Position numbers and translations under genes: made by a program. The notes beneath the pieces were generated by a model. The model saw only the letters and a list, made by a program, of their open reading frames with translations. It did not search any database and was not told the DNA's origin. Below, in pieces: positions 54,412 to 64,000 of a stretch of DNA of 64,000 nucleotides. Source of the DNA: an uncultured Candidatus Saccharibacteria bacterium (GTDB taxonomy: Bacteria > Patescibacteriota > Minisyncoccia > Phycocordibacterales > UBA2100); the NCBI GenBank assembly GCA_964437185.1, contig CAYTFU010000001.1:101022-165021 (forward strand), given 5' to 3'. How positions within the stretch are numbered: the stretch's first letter is position 1; each line of letters opens with the position of its first letter.

Positions 54412-54909
54412 CTACGCCGCGTACTTAATGACGACGCGGCGATTTCGCCCTTCTCCGTGCGATTCTGTCTTTACGTTTGGAGCACCCTGCAGTGCCGTAT
54501 GCACGATAAGGCGTTCGTATGAACTCATAGGGGAGAGCTCGACATCGTACTGAAACGAGCGAGCGCGCTCTGCCATCATGAGGGCTTTCGTCTCAAGATC
54601 TTTGAGCTGCCGCGTGCGGTAGCCATTCACGTCGATAAGCGGCATCGGGGTGCGCGGAGATCCTTCGGCCTCTGCCGCCTCTCCCTCAGGCTGCGCGAGC
54701 CGCGCATCAAGACTCTTCTCGTAAATTTTCTTAACCAAAAAATCAATTGCATAGAGCGTATCCCCATGGACGCCGATGAGCGAGCGCGCATCTCCCTCGG
54801 TGCGAATGGAGTAGATTTCCTGCCCCGCAACGGTGCTGTGCTCTATCGCAGTATACGGAACGCCGAGTTTGGTGAGTACTTCGGTGAGAATCGTTTCAAC
54901 AGATTTCAT
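54412..54909 (-). CDS. jag: Jag/KhpB RNA-binding protein (Jag_N, KH and R3H domains)
   Basis: MKSVETILTEVLTKLGV... start. C-terminal R3H domain (LSPMSSYERLIVHTAL). Downstream of yidC. Confidence 0.75.
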   Translation of the reverse strand: MKSVETILTEVLTKLGVPYTAIEHSTVAGQEIYSIRTEGDARSLIGVHGDTLYAIDFLVKKIYEKSLDARLAQPEGEAAEAEGSPRTPMPLIDVNGYRTRQLKDLETKALMMAERARSFQYDVELSPMSSYERLIVHTALQGAPNVKTESHGEGRNRRVVIKYAA

Positions 54910-54995
54910 ACGGGGCACTATACCCCGCAGTACAAATCTCAGCAAATAAAGGGTATTCATACCGCGGGGTATTCGACCTGTGTTGCGTCTTCGCT

Positions 54996-55025
54996 CGGAG
55001 AAAATGAGAGCGCTCTCTCATTTTC
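54996..55025 (-). terminator. hairpin plus T-run between yidC and jag on the minus strand
   Basis: Near-perfect palindrome aaaatgagag-cgct-ctctcatttt, followed by tttctcc on the minus strand. Confidence 0.45.
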
Positions 55026-55093
55026 CATCCTCGCTAGCCGCAATAAACCTCAACTCCTCATTGTTATGTACGACCGGGGGCAGGCTCCACTAA

Positions 55094-55816
55094 TCAACCA
55101 TTCCACTTTCTACCCGCGGCAAATTCCTGCGCAATCATGAAGAGGTTACTCGTTATGAGGTAGAGGGGAACCGCCGCAATGAGCCAGTACCCAACGACTC
55201 CCATAATCACGGGGAGTACGTACCGAGCCTGCAAATCAAAACTGCGCGCCATGTCGTTTGAAAATGTGGCCTCCACAGCGGTCTGCGACCCGCGCGGCCC
55301 CATGGAGAGCCGGCTGTAGATCAGCTGTGTTACTCCTGCGAATACTGCGAGTACAATACTGTGACTTTGCATGCCGATGAGGCCGAAGAATTCCATGTTG
55401 ACCATTTCTGGAATCGGCACAAACGAGTACAATATCGTCGCGTCAACTTCTGGCAATCCGCCACCGCTGAATACCCAGTAGAGCCCGATGAGGACGGGGA
55501 ACTGCGCGAGGAGGAGTCCGAGGCCCGCAAGCGGATGCACTCCCCGCTCACGGTAGAGCGCGAATATGGCCTTCGCCTGCTCTTGTTTGTCATCTTTGTA
55601 CTTTTCCTTAAGAACCTCCACCTCGGGGGCAATCTTCTTCATCGCAATCTGCGTCTCTACAGCACGGCGAGAGAGGGGATAGATAACGACGCGCGCGACA
55701 ATCGTGAGCAGAATGACCGCCACACCCATGTCGTGGGTGGGGATGATGTCGACCAAAAAAACGAGCCCATTGTAGAGCGGGGCGTAAATCGCAATATGAA
55801 AGAATTCTGAAATCAT
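55094..55816 (-). CDS. yidC: membrane protein insertase YidC (short Gram-positive-type form)
   Basis: LLTIVARVVIYPLS...KYKDDKQEQAKAIFALYRERGVHP. 5 TM helices. Confidence 0.9.
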   Translation of the reverse strand: MISEFFHIAIYAPLYNGLVFLVDIIPTHDMGVAVILLTIVARVVIYPLSRRAVETQIAMKKIAPEVEVLKEKYKDDKQEQAKAIFALYRERGVHPLAGLGLLLAQFPVLIGLYWVFSGGGLPEVDATILYSFVPIPEMVNMEFFGLIGMQSHSIVLAVFAGVTQLIYSRLSMGPRGSQTAVEATFSNDMARSFDLQARYVLPVIMGVVGYWLIAAVPLYLITSNLFMIAQEFAAGRKWNG

Positions 55817-55835
55817 TGGAGGATTGTATCTCGTA

Positions 55836-56177
55836 TCAGGATATCAAGCGAGCCCGCTTCAAGAGCCGCTCGACGTCGCGCCCGAGTTCAACATTCGCCG
55901 CATGCGCGGCAGCCGCTTTTGCACGAAACACGAGAGCGAGAGGTTCTGACATGGCGCGCATGTGCGACTGGAGCGTTTCGCGGCACTGCCGCTCAATCCT
56001 ATTTCGGTCGACCGCTCGTGCCGACACTTTTTTGGACACTACGCTCGCCATCTTCGGGCCATCACTCTGCGGCAGAGGAGCGATGGAGAGCGAAAAAAAA
56101 TCCCCATGCACGCGCTCGTGCTTTGATTTCTCTAGCCGCACAAAATCGGCACGAGAGAGCCGAAATTTCTTGGGCAT
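55836..56177 (-). CDS. rnpA: ribonuclease P protein component
   Basis: MPKKFRLSRADF...ASVVSKKVSARAVDRNRIERQ. Located between rpmH and yidC. The track ORF extends to 56270. Confidence 0.8.
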   Translation of the reverse strand: MPKKFRLSRADFVRLEKSKHERVHGDFFSLSIAPLPQSDGPKMASVVSKKVSARAVDRNRIERQCRETLQSHMRAMSEPLALVFRAKAAAAHAANVELGRDVERLLKRARLIS

Positions 56178-56219
56178 AGCGCTGGGTTGGCGTTGGGCTG
56201 GAAAAAATTTTGCAAAGCG

Positions 56220-56354
56220 ACTACACAGAAAGCTTCGCGCGACCCTTTCGGCGACGGCGGCGCAACACATTGAGGCCGGAAGTGCTCGCGCTGCGCGCTC
56301 GGTACCCGTGCGTCTTCGCTCGCTTACGCTTCTTTGGCTGCCATGTTCGTTTCA
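56220..56354 (-). CDS. rpmH: 50S ribosomal protein L34
   Basis: Manual translation [44 protein letters not shown], 44 aa. Below the ORF-track length cutoff. Coordinates +/-1. Confidence 0.85.
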
Positions 56355-56645
56355 TGCGGACACTATACGCATTTTTTTCATTCTCACAACCCCCGGGAAC
56401 ATTGGCCCGTGGCCTTCTGAGAACCTCGCGCAGCGATTATTCAATGGACCGCAACATCGCGCAGTGGTGATAGGGGATAAACTTGGCACGAACGACGAGT
56501 TCGAAGACGCGCCACAGGCCAATGTTCCTCGTCCCCACACTATCCACACCTTATGCCCACCCCTTCGCGATGCCACACTCCTTTCATTGCGGAGCGCCGC
56601 GCGTATAATGTCCAAGCTCTCGCATTCTTCATGACCACCTACACA
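56355..56645. promoter_or_regulatory. rpmH-dnaA divergent intergenic region with DnaA-box-like sites and the dnaA promoter
   Basis: cactatccacacc matches TATCCACA. ggggataaac. TATAAT at about 56606. Confidence 0.5.
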
Positions 56646-57995
56646 ATGAGTAATAGAGAATTGTGGCAAAACGCACTTGTTCAGATTGAGCTTGGCACAT
56701 CGGAGGCGTCCTTCAGGACGTGGTTTAAAAATACCGATATCGCGAGCCGCGATGGGGGGACCGTTCATGTGGCCGTTCCGTCCAAGATAGTCAAGGAATG
56801 GCTCATGGAAAAACATCATAAGCTCATCCTTAAGGCTTTACGCGGCCTTGACCCGACGATCCGCACCATTGAATTTACCGTACATCGCTCGGCGACCACG
56901 CCGACTGAAAGGAAGCCCCAACGACCACAAGCGCCCGAGAACACATCGCTCGATCTCGCGAGCCTCTATATCGACAAGCGCGACAACCTGAACCCCCGCT
57001 ACACCTTCGAGACCTTTGTCGTCGGTCCATTCAACGAACTCGCGCACGCTGCGGCAAAAGCCATACTCGATCGCCCGGGCCTCGCGTACAACCCCCTCTT
57101 TATCTACGGCTCCACCGGCCACGGAAAGACCCACCTTATTCAAGCGGTTGGAAATTACTTCAAGAAACTTCACAGCAATAAGAAAGTGCTGTACGTGACG
57201 TCCGAGAGATTTTCTATCGACTACATCAATGCCGTGAGGTCGGGGCACGCCAACAACTTCAAAGATCAGTACCGACAATATGATGTTCTTATCATGGACG
57301 ACGTCCAGTTCATCGCGAACACGGAAAAAACCCAGGAGGAGCTTTTTCACCTCTTCAATGCGATGCGCGATAATAACAAACAGATCGTCTTTTCCTCCGA
57401 CAAACACCCGGCGCTTCTCCCAGGCCTTGAAGATCGCCTGAAGGGGCGCTTTGGCGCCGGCATGATCGCAGAAATACCGGAGCCTGATGTCGAGTCGCGC
57501 ATCGCAATCATCCGCGCAAAAATTGAGCAGCACGGATTCTCCATTCCCGAAGACATCATTCAGTACATTGCGGAGAGTTTGCGCGGAAATATACGAGAGC
57601 TTGAAGGGGTACTCAATATGATTGTGTGTAAGTCCCAACTCAAAGGGAAGGTTATCTCTCAAACCGACGTGCGCGCGCTCATAAAGCACAACGTGAAGCC
57701 GAATCGAGGGGTATCGGTTGATGAAGTTGTCCGTCGTATCGCGCAGTACTATGATATTGCGGAGAAGAGTATTTACGAGAAGACGCGCAAAAAAGAGGTG
57801 GTAAAACCGCGCCAAATCATCATGTACATGCTTCGAGAAGAATTCAGTGTCTCATATCCCTCGATAGGTGAAAAACTAGGAGGACGCGATCACACGACCG
57901 TCATCCACTCATGCGAAAAGATAAAAGAAGAAATGAAATCCAATCTCTCGCTCGAGCAAGAGCTTGATCACATCCGAACACTCATACACGCATAA
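56646..57995 (+). CDS. dnaA: chromosomal replication initiator protein
   Basis: NPLFIYGSTGHGKTHL. LIMDDVQF. Sensor/box VII. C-terminal DNA-binding domain. ATG at 56646. Confidence 0.95.
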   Translation: MSNRELWQNALVQIELGTSEASFRTWFKNTDIASRDGGTVHVAVPSKIVKEWLMEKHHKLILKALRGLDPTIRTIEFTVHRSATTPTERKPQRPQAPENTSLDLASLYIDKRDNLNPRYTFETFVVGPFNELAHAAAKAILDRPGLAYNPLFIYGSTGHGKTHLIQAVGNYFKKLHSNKKVLYVTSERFSIDYINAVRSGHANNFKDQYRQYDVLIMDDVQFIANTEKTQEELFHLFNAMRDNNKQIVFSSDKHPALLPGLEDRLKGRFGAGMIAEIPEPDVESRIAIIRAKIEQHGFSIPEDIIQYIAESLRGNIRELEGVLNMIVCKSQLKGKVISQTDVRALIKHNVKPNRGVSVDEVVRRIAQYYDIAEKSIYEKTRKKEVVKPRQIIMYMLREEFSVSYPSIGEKLGGRDHTTVIHSCEKIKEEMKSNLSLEQELDHIRTLIHA

Positions 57996-58207
57996 CTATG
58001 TGGATAGCACCTGCTAATGTAATGAATAAACCTATACTATCCACACTCAACATTCCAAAATTCCACTAACTACCAAGATATCAAATCCAAACCTTTAACT
58101 TCTCAACACCCTCCACTCCCAAAAAATCAATAATCTAAAACATATTTCCAACTTCTCCACACCATCCACACCACTAATAGTAGTAATAGTATTAATAAAG
58201 TATCTCT
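57996..58207. other. candidate oriC: DnaA boxes plus an AT-rich unwinding element between dnaA and dnaN
   Basis: tatgtggata (reverse TATCCACA), ctatccacac and atccacacc boxes. AT-rich tract aatagtagtaatagtattaataaag immediately before dnaN. Confidence 0.6.
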
Positions 58208-59302
58208 ATGAAAATCTCAACAACAAAAGAATCATTTCTAAACGCGGTGTTGTTGGGAGAAAAAATAGTAGGGAAGAAAGAATCACTCCCGGTACTTTCT
58301 TGTGTGCTTATTGATGTAGGAAGTCAGTGTGTGATTCGGGCCACCAATCTCGAGGCGGGAATAGAGATCGTGCTACCGTGTGATATTCAAGAAGTGGGAA
58401 TTGTCGCAGTCCGTGCAAATATCCTCACGCAGACACTCCGCGCTATTTCCGGGGATAAGGTAGTAATCTCACTTGAGGATGGAAACCTTATTGTCGAATC
58501 TCGGGGGACAAGAACTCTTATTAAGGCGGTTCCACACGAGGAGTTTCCTAAACTCAACGCTGCTCAAGGGGGAGATGTGATGGTTTCAAGGGCCGATTTT
58601 TTGAGAAGTATGCATTCTGTTTCGTACGCGGCATCCCCATCAATGATTCGTCCAGAATTGGGCAGTGTGTATATTTCCGTGTCACAGGGCTCAGTCACGG
58701 CGGTAGCGACAGATTCTTTTCGGTTGGCAGAAAAGGTGGTGCCCACAACGCGGAATAAGGGAGATGTCGATCTCCTTATCCCACTTAAGCATGCTCAGGA
58801 GCTGTCTCATATACTAGAAGCGTCTAGTACAGACGAACTTCACCTCACAACAAACGAATCGCAAATGTCCGTGAGGATTAACGGTATCGTTTATACTTCC
58901 AGGATTATCGAGGGTACGTTTCCGAATTATAAGGAGATAGTTCCCAAGACATTTGAGACAGAAGCAACACTCATAAAAGCAGATTTTGCAGAAATGTTGC
59001 GCAAGGCACGGGTCTTTTCTGGGAGCGACCAACATGTTGGCTTGCACATATACCCAAAAAAGAAAATATTCAGCGCGACCGCGCAGAGTGCAGATGTGGG
59101 GGAGATGTCTGACACCTTGGATGCGGCTCTAAAAGGAGAAGACCTCGATATTAATTTTCATATCGGATATTTATCAGATTGCCTTCCTGTGGTCGAATCG
59201 GATTCCATCACGCTTCATTTTGCGGGACCAGGAAAACCACTGGTGGTGCGCGGGGCTTCGGACACCACGTTTAGATACCTCGTAATGCCGCTCAATAGGT
59301 AG
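58208..59302 (+). CDS. dnaN: DNA polymerase III beta sliding clamp
   Basis: 364 aa. Three-domain clamp. Position directly after dnaA. Confidence 0.9.
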   Translation: MKISTTKESFLNAVLLGEKIVGKKESLPVLSCVLIDVGSQCVIRATNLEAGIEIVLPCDIQEVGIVAVRANILTQTLRAISGDKVVISLEDGNLIVESRGTRTLIKAVPHEEFPKLNAAQGGDVMVSRADFLRSMHSVSYAASPSMIRPELGSVYISVSQGSVTAVATDSFRLAEKVVPTTRNKGDVDLLIPLKHAQELSHILEASSTDELHLTTNESQMSVRINGIVYTSRIIEGTFPNYKEIVPKTFETEATLIKADFAEMLRKARVFSGSDQHVGLHIYPKKKIFSATAQSADVGEMSDTLDAALKGEDLDINFHIGYLSDCLPVVESDSITLHFAGPGKPLVVRGASDTTFRYLVMPLNR

Positions 59303-59309
59303 TGCATCG

Positions 59310-61724
59310 TTACTGTACGGAGATTGAAATGTTGTATTCCTGCGTCGATCCATCGACGAGCGATGCCACTGCTCGTACGATCCCCTGACCGCGTCCATTG
59401 GGCGAGAAAATGACCGTAAAGGGCGCTTCGCCGGATGATCCAACGAGAGCACCGTTTACAAAATATGAAACACGCAGGACGGGCGCGGGACCTTGGAATG
59501 CAGAAGTGAACGTAATCGGTGTTCCTTGTTGAAACGATGCGCCTTGTTGTGGTGAGGTGATACGAAACATCGCGAGCGGCACGGTACCTCCCGGAGTATC
59601 TGGGTTTGGGGCGGGCGTCCAATTTTGTCCCGCCCACAGGGAAACTGGGTAATCCCAGTATGCGAACTGTGAATCCGCAGCGGGGTTTGCGGGGCGACCG
59701 CTGCGCGGATTGTTTTTATCTACCCAATATAAAATTTCATGAATACCATGTGACGCATCCGTGTTCCAGTTTCCTGTAAGTGCCGGTGGAATGGAGTCAA
59801 CCTCTGAATCAGGCGCAGGAGGAGGGAAGGAATCGGAAGGTGAAGAATATTTCTGCAGCGCCTCGAGCATAAACTCGTGCCACATGGGCGCGATGATGAA
59901 TGCAGCGATCCTCTTTGCCATTTCAGAATTGTCATTGTTGCCTGCCCACGCGCCGACCGCGATGCCGGGCGTGTAGCCCAAAATCCACACATCGCGGAAA
60001 TCGTTGGTCGTTCCCGTTTTATCGGCGACATCGTACTCGGGGAAATAGAGTGGTGAGTTTGCGCCAAACTCCGGAGTTCGTGCCACATTGTCTGAGAGGA
60101 TGTCGTTGATCTGTCGTGCTACTTGCGGTTCGAGCACTTGCGCGCTCTCAGCCGTGTATTCCTCAAGCACCTTTCCCGACTTATCTTCCACGCGGAGAAT
60201 TCCCGTCGGCGCATTGCGCGTCCCGTCGTTTGCAAACACACCATACGCCCCTGTCAGTTCAAGAAGGCTCACCTCGCCGCCGCCGAGTACGAGCGTGAGT
60301 CCATACTGATTCGCACTGCCGAGCGTCGTGATGCCGAGCGCGCGCGCCATCGAGAGTGCCTCAGTGAGGCCTGTGAGGTAGAGCGTTTTAATTGCGGGGA
60401 TGTTGGTCGACTGCGCGAGCGCATCGCGCAGTTTCATAGGGCCCTTGAAGAGACCATCGTAATTTTCGGGCGAGTAACAGGGCGGCTCACTATTAAGCAC
60501 GTCTTCGGGCTTGCAGTGCGTTGAGAACTGCGTTTTGAGATCGAAGACAACCGTATCGGGCGTGTAGCCTTTTTGAAACGCTGCGGCGTACACGATCGGT
60601 TTGAATGAGGAGCCTGGCTGACGGTGCGCGAGCGCGACGTTCACCTTTCCATCGATTGTGTCGTCAAAATATCCTTTTGAACCGATCATCGTGAGAATTT
60701 GCCCTGTCTTTGGATCTATTGCCACGATCGATTGATTGGACGCATTAAAATCCCGCAGCATGCCTGGCGCGTGCTTTGCGACGATGTCCTCCGCCTTTTT
60801 CTGGAGGTCGTAGTCGAGGGTTGTAATGACGCGCAGGCCCTCTTTTACTATGGCATCCGGGCCGTATTTCGCTTCAAGGTACTCGCGGACATAAAAGACG
60901 AAGTGCGGCGCCTTGATGCCCGCCTCCGCGGTGTTGCGAAACTCCACCGTTTCACCAATCGCGGCGGTAAACTCCTCTTCCGTAATGAAGTTGTGTTCGC
61001 GCATCTTTGAGAGGACGAGCTTGGCGCGGCCATCGAGTTCGTCGCGGTGGTTGCCATAGGGAGAATAGTACGTCGGCGCCTGGGGGAGCGCGGCGAGGTA
61101 CGCCGCTTGCGAGAGCGTCACGTCTTTTGCATCCACGCCAAAAAAGTATTGACTTGCTTCCTGTACGCCGTACACCGTTCCGCCGTAGGGATTTTCGTTG
61201 AGGTACGTGGAAAGAATTTGGTCCTTAGTAAAAACGCGCTCGAGTTTGATGGCGAGAATAATTTCTTTGATCTTGCGTAGGATGGTTTTGTCTTGGGTGA
61301 GGAGCGCGTTTTTCACGACCTGTTGCGTGATCGTAGATCCTCCCTGCCCAGAATATCCCTCGCGGAGGCCAAGCTGCACGAGCGTTGCGCGCAAAAGCGC
61401 CAGTGGGCGGACGCCACGGTGTGTGTAAAAGGTGGCATCCTCAATCGCGACCGACGCTTTTTGAATGTAGGAAGAAATTTCCTCAAGCGGCACCGCGGTG
61501 CGTCGCATCGTGCCGTGTACATCGTAGAGGACGACATTGCCCGTGCGATCATAAATCTTGGTCGATTCCGAAACGCGCCTATTTTCAAATCCGTTGATCG
61601 AGGGGATCGCCACAAACGCCGCCCAAATGAGAAGGGCGCCCACGGCGCAGAGCCCCGCAATTCCGCCAACGAGGATAGTTACTTCCATCCACGCTGGCAA
61701 CCATCGTCCTTTTCGAGCTGACAT
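59310..61724 (-). CDS. class A penicillin-binding protein (glycosyltransferase plus transpeptidase)
   Basis: N-terminal TM. GT51 motifs (EDATFYTHRG, GGSTITQQ). TP motifs SSFKP, SxN and KTG. C-terminal beta domain. Confidence 0.9.
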   Translation of the reverse strand: MSARKGRWLPAWMEVTILVGGIAGLCAVGALLIWAAFVAIPSINGFENRRVSESTKIYDRTGNVVLYDVHGTMRRTAVPLEEISSYIQKASVAIEDATFYTHRGVRPLALLRATLVQLGLREGYSGQGGSTITQQVVKNALLTQDKTILRKIKEIILAIKLERVFTKDQILSTYLNENPYGGTVYGVQEASQYFFGVDAKDVTLSQAAYLAALPQAPTYYSPYGNHRDELDGRAKLVLSKMREHNFITEEEFTAAIGETVEFRNTAEAGIKAPHFVFYVREYLEAKYGPDAIVKEGLRVITTLDYDLQKKAEDIVAKHAPGMLRDFNASNQSIVAIDPKTGQILTMIGSKGYFDDTIDGKVNVALAHRQPGSSFKPIVYAAAFQKGYTPDTVVFDLKTQFSTHCKPEDVLNSEPPCYSPENYDGLFKGPMKLRDALAQSTNIPAIKTLYLTGLTEALSMARALGITTLGSANQYGLTLVLGGGEVSLLELTGAYGVFANDGTRNAPTGILRVEDKSGKVLEEYTAESAQVLEPQVARQINDILSDNVARTPEFGANSPLYFPEYDVADKTGTTNDFRDVWILGYTPGIAVGAWAGNNDNSEMAKRIAAFIIAPMWHEFMLEALQKYSSPSDSFPPPAPDSEVDSIPPALTGNWNTDASHGIHEILYWVDKNNPRSGRPANPAADSQFAYWDYPVSLWAGQNWTPAPNPDTPGGTVPLAMFRITSPQQGASFQQGTPITFTSAFQGPAPVLRVSYFVNGALVGSSGEAPFTVIFSPNGRGQGIVRAVASLVDGSTQEYNISISVQ

Positions 61725-61763
61725 TGCGGAATTGTAGCTTCTTTCCTACCTTTTCTCTACTGT

Positions 61764-62258
61764 TTACCGTGCGCGGGCGAGATGGGTGACGGCGATTGCT
61801 ATAGCATCGTATTCGTCGTCGTGCTCGATTTTTTTATCAATCTTCACGAGCGCGCGAAGCATTTGCGCCACCGCTTTTTTATCAGCACCACCCCAGCCTG
61901 CCGCAGCACTTTTCACTTCGCCTGGTGTGTATTCAAATACTTTGAGTCCGGCGCTGCTTGCGGCAGAAATAAGCGCGCCGCGGACTTCCGCGACACGCAT
62001 CGCCGTCTTTTGATTCTTCTCAAAAAATAATTTCTCCAGCGCCACGCAATCAGGGGAGTGCTCGCGCATAAGCCGCACACACTCGTCGACGACTGTAGCG
62101 AGGCGCTCGGTAAACTCGCTTTTCGGTGACGTCTCGATGCATGCGGAATATAGAAGAATCTCTTTGTTCGCCCTGAGTCCAGTCGAGGGGTCGATCCCAT
62201 CCTTCTCCACCACCGCCACCCCACACCTCCCATACCCCGGATCAATCCCCAAGACTTT
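61764..62258 (-). CDS. ruvC: crossover junction endodeoxyribonuclease RuvC
   Basis: MKVLGIDPGYGRCGVAVVE... C-terminal acidic/His catalytic residues. Confidence 0.9.
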   Translation of the reverse strand, partial: KVLGIDPGYGRCGVAVVEKDGIDPSTGLRANKEILLYSACIETSPKSEFTERLATVVDECVRLMREHSPDCVALEKLFFEKNQKTAMRVAEVRGALISAASSAGLKVFEYTPGEVKSAAAGWGGADKKAVAQMLRALVKIDKKIEHDDEYDAIAIAVTHLARAR

Positions 62259-62376
62259 CATGTAGGGAGTATAGCTCAAACAGCGTCAGCGACGATTTTG
62301 TTGCAAATGAGCTTGGTGATGGCATGATTGAGGAAGACAACTGTGTCATATCCGCTGCAACCGGGAGTAACGTGCA

Positions 62377-63363
62377 ATGTCTGGGAAGAAAGTCACTTTT
62401 CCACCCGTGCCTAAGCCATTGCATGATCTGCATTGGCCGTCTATACGCTGGTATGCCTGGGTGCACTTGATGGGTGCTTTGGGCGTATGGTACCTCTACA
62501 AGCCGTTCGACGTCGTGCTGCCTGCCGGTAGCATTGCGCATGAATTTTTGAGGACGTATTTTGGCGATACGATAATCATCTCACGATACTCGCATTGGGC
62601 GCTTGCGATTTCAGTAGCGTTGTTCTTTTTGGTCCACCTATCCATCGGGGCGCTTGCGCACCGGTACTACAGCCATCGATCGTACGTCGCTTCCGCAAGG
62701 ATGCAGTACATGCTGCTGCCGTTCTTTGCTGCGGCTGCGCAAGGGCCGATGTTGTACTGGGCCTTGATCCATGTTGATCACCACGCCGACACGGACGGTC
62801 CCGGTGACCGGCATTCTCCGTATCGAAGCGGGAACGGGTTTGTCGGCAGGATCGCCGGTTTCTTCTACTCGCAAATGGGATGGCCATGTACAAACCATGG
62901 AAAACGGGAGCCGCGAATGGAGGTCTTGAAGGCTTTCATGAGGAATAAGGACGCGTACGTTCCCGCTAAGTGGGAGAAGGATAACCACAAGAAGCTAGCC
63001 TTTAGGATTGGGTTTGTTCTACCCATCGCACTGTGTAGCCTTGTCGGGGACCCTGTTACTGGTATGACTGTGGGGTGGGGGCTTCGTCTTGTGTGCAATT
63101 ATCACGGGACGTGGATAGTGAACTCGATCGCTCACACGATCGGTAAGGTCACGAAGCCGGGCCAGACTGCACGCAATGCTTGGTGGTGGCTCCAAATACC
63201 GCTGGGAATTGCGTCAATCGGCGAGGCGAACAATCATGCCGAGCACCACGACGACACAAACCGTTGGATACTCGGGTGGTTTGACCCGGCCGGATGGTTC
63301 ATCTGGTGCTGGATGCAGATTCGCTTGGCATCAGAGAACGAACCGAAGACTGCAACTGCCTAA
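62377..63363 (+). CDS. membrane fatty-acid desaturase (Delta9 acyl-lipid/CoA desaturase-like)
   Basis: Three His boxes HRYYSH, HVDHH and HAEHH with the typical spacing. 4 TM helices. Confidence 0.8.
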   Translation: MSGKKVTFPPVPKPLHDLHWPSIRWYAWVHLMGALGVWYLYKPFDVVLPAGSIAHEFLRTYFGDTIIISRYSHWALAISVALFFLVHLSIGALAHRYYSHRSYVASARMQYMLLPFFAAAAQGPMLYWALIHVDHHADTDGPGDRHSPYRSGNGFVGRIAGFFYSQMGWPCTNHGKREPRMEVLKAFMRNKDAYVPAKWEKDNHKKLAFRIGFVLPIALCSLVGDPVTGMTVGWGLRLVCNYHGTWIVNSIAHTIGKVTKPGQTARNAWWWLQIPLGIASIGEANNHAEHHDDTNRWILGWFDPAGWFIWCWMQIRLASENEPKTATA

Positions 63364-63445
63364 GCATGTCCTAGGCGAAGGGCGGGTCCGTGTGATCCGC
63401 CTTTTTCTTTTGGGTAAGAGTGTCGGTGAGTGATAGGATGTGTGA

Positions 63446-63937
63446 ATGAGTGTTTTTGATAAGAACGATGCGGTGCATTTGCGGAATCTGGTGTTTGGTG
63501 TGGAAGATGGGATCGTCTCGACTGTTGGATTGCTCTCGGGCATCGCGATTGCAGGTGTGCCCCGCGCGACGATTTTACTTACAGGTGTCGTGCTCATCTT
63601 TGTGGAAGCAATATCGATGGCGGCAGGGAGTTTTCTTTCAGAAGCATCTGTCGATGATTTGTCCGAGGAGTCTGCGCCCAAGGCCTCGATCTCCGCAGGA
63701 GTGATTATGTTTTCCTCGTACTTTGCGGCTGGCTTCGTGCCGCTCATGCCGTATCTCTTTTTGGATGTCGGGCAAGCATTTGTTGCGTCTATCTTTGTCT
63801 CGCTCGCCTCGCTTTTCGTGCTCGGCTATTGGAGCGGTAATGGCTCGCGGAAGCCGATGAAGAAGGCGCTCCGCATGATGCTCGTAGGCGGCGCAGCGAT
63901 ATTGGTAGGTGTCCTCGCTGGAAGTTTGCTCGCCTAA
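63446..63937 (+). CDS. VIT1/CCC1-family Fe/Mn transporter (short form)
   Basis: VEDGIVSTVGLLSGIA motif. 4-5 TM helices. Confidence 0.65.
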   Translation: MSVFDKNDAVHLRNLVFGVEDGIVSTVGLLSGIAIAGVPRATILLTGVVLIFVEAISMAAGSFLSEASVDDLSEESAPKASISAGVIMFSSYFAAGFVPLMPYLFLDVGQAFVASIFVSLASLFVLGYWSGNGSRKPMKKALRMMLVGGAAILVGVLAGSLLA

Positions 63938-64000
63938 CCGTCACTCCGCGTTGGTGTATACCTCCTCGACATCGTCGTGCGAATCTATCTTTTCCAAAAT

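Noticed and set aside
1-64000. CRISPR arrays, rRNA genes, IS elements/transposases, integron integrase
   Set aside because: I saw no regularly spaced short repeats, no rRNA-like conserved blocks, and no DDE/HUH/serine-recombinase ORFs by eye. The only recombinase is a tyrosine recombinase of the XerC/XerD family.

Overview
This 64-kb window is a chromosomal segment of a small-genome bacterium, plausibly Patescibacteria/CPR-like. I infer that from the gene content and architecture: a short purA, tRNAs with no encoded CCA next to a cca gene, many small membrane or secreted hypothetical proteins, and a T4SS-like cluster. The lineage call is inference, not proof. GC is about 58 % overall with several low-GC islets. 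The housekeeping backbone includes an ECF sigma/anti-sigma pair, clpP, rny, hup, rarA, rpsO, pnp, comM, purA, pcrA and rsmA. The replication-origin neighbourhood is present: rpmH-rnpA-yidC-jag on the minus strand facing dnaA-dnaN, with DnaA boxes. The window ends with PBP1A, ruvC, a membrane desaturase and a VIT transporter. I found three tRNAs: Pro-TGG, Gly-GCC and Arg-TCG. On top of the backbone are several accessory insertions. (1) A low-GC two-gene operon encodes a SMODS/CD-NTase-like nucleotidyltransferase plus a small multi-TM SLATT-like protein. This is a candidate minimal CBASS-like defence module and the best candidate here for an undescribed system. (2) An 11-13 kb T4SS-like cluster: VirB4 ATPase (possibly split), VirB6-like protein with a giant coiled-coil tail, PrgI/VirB3-like protein, pilin-like and secreted proteins, with no relaxase or coupling protein in the window. 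(3) A hicBA toxin-antitoxin cassette flanked by perfect 35-bp direct repeats that duplicate the RBS and first codons of the downstream ECF sigma gene. (4) A 42 % GC orphan gene flanked by 78-bp repeats that duplicate the start region of the TerC-family gene, creating an overlapping leader peptide. (5) A Phd(AbrB)/Doc toxin-antitoxin pair and an orphan gene bracketed by palindromic 23-mers, all lying between rpsO and pnp, which are normally adjacent. (6) A free-standing LAGLIDADG-like gene with an HTH domain in a low-GC patch. (7) An att-like 25-bp duplication of the tRNA-Arg 3' end. I found no CRISPR array, rRNA or recognisable IS/transposase. All coordinates I derived myself may be off by 1-2 nt.
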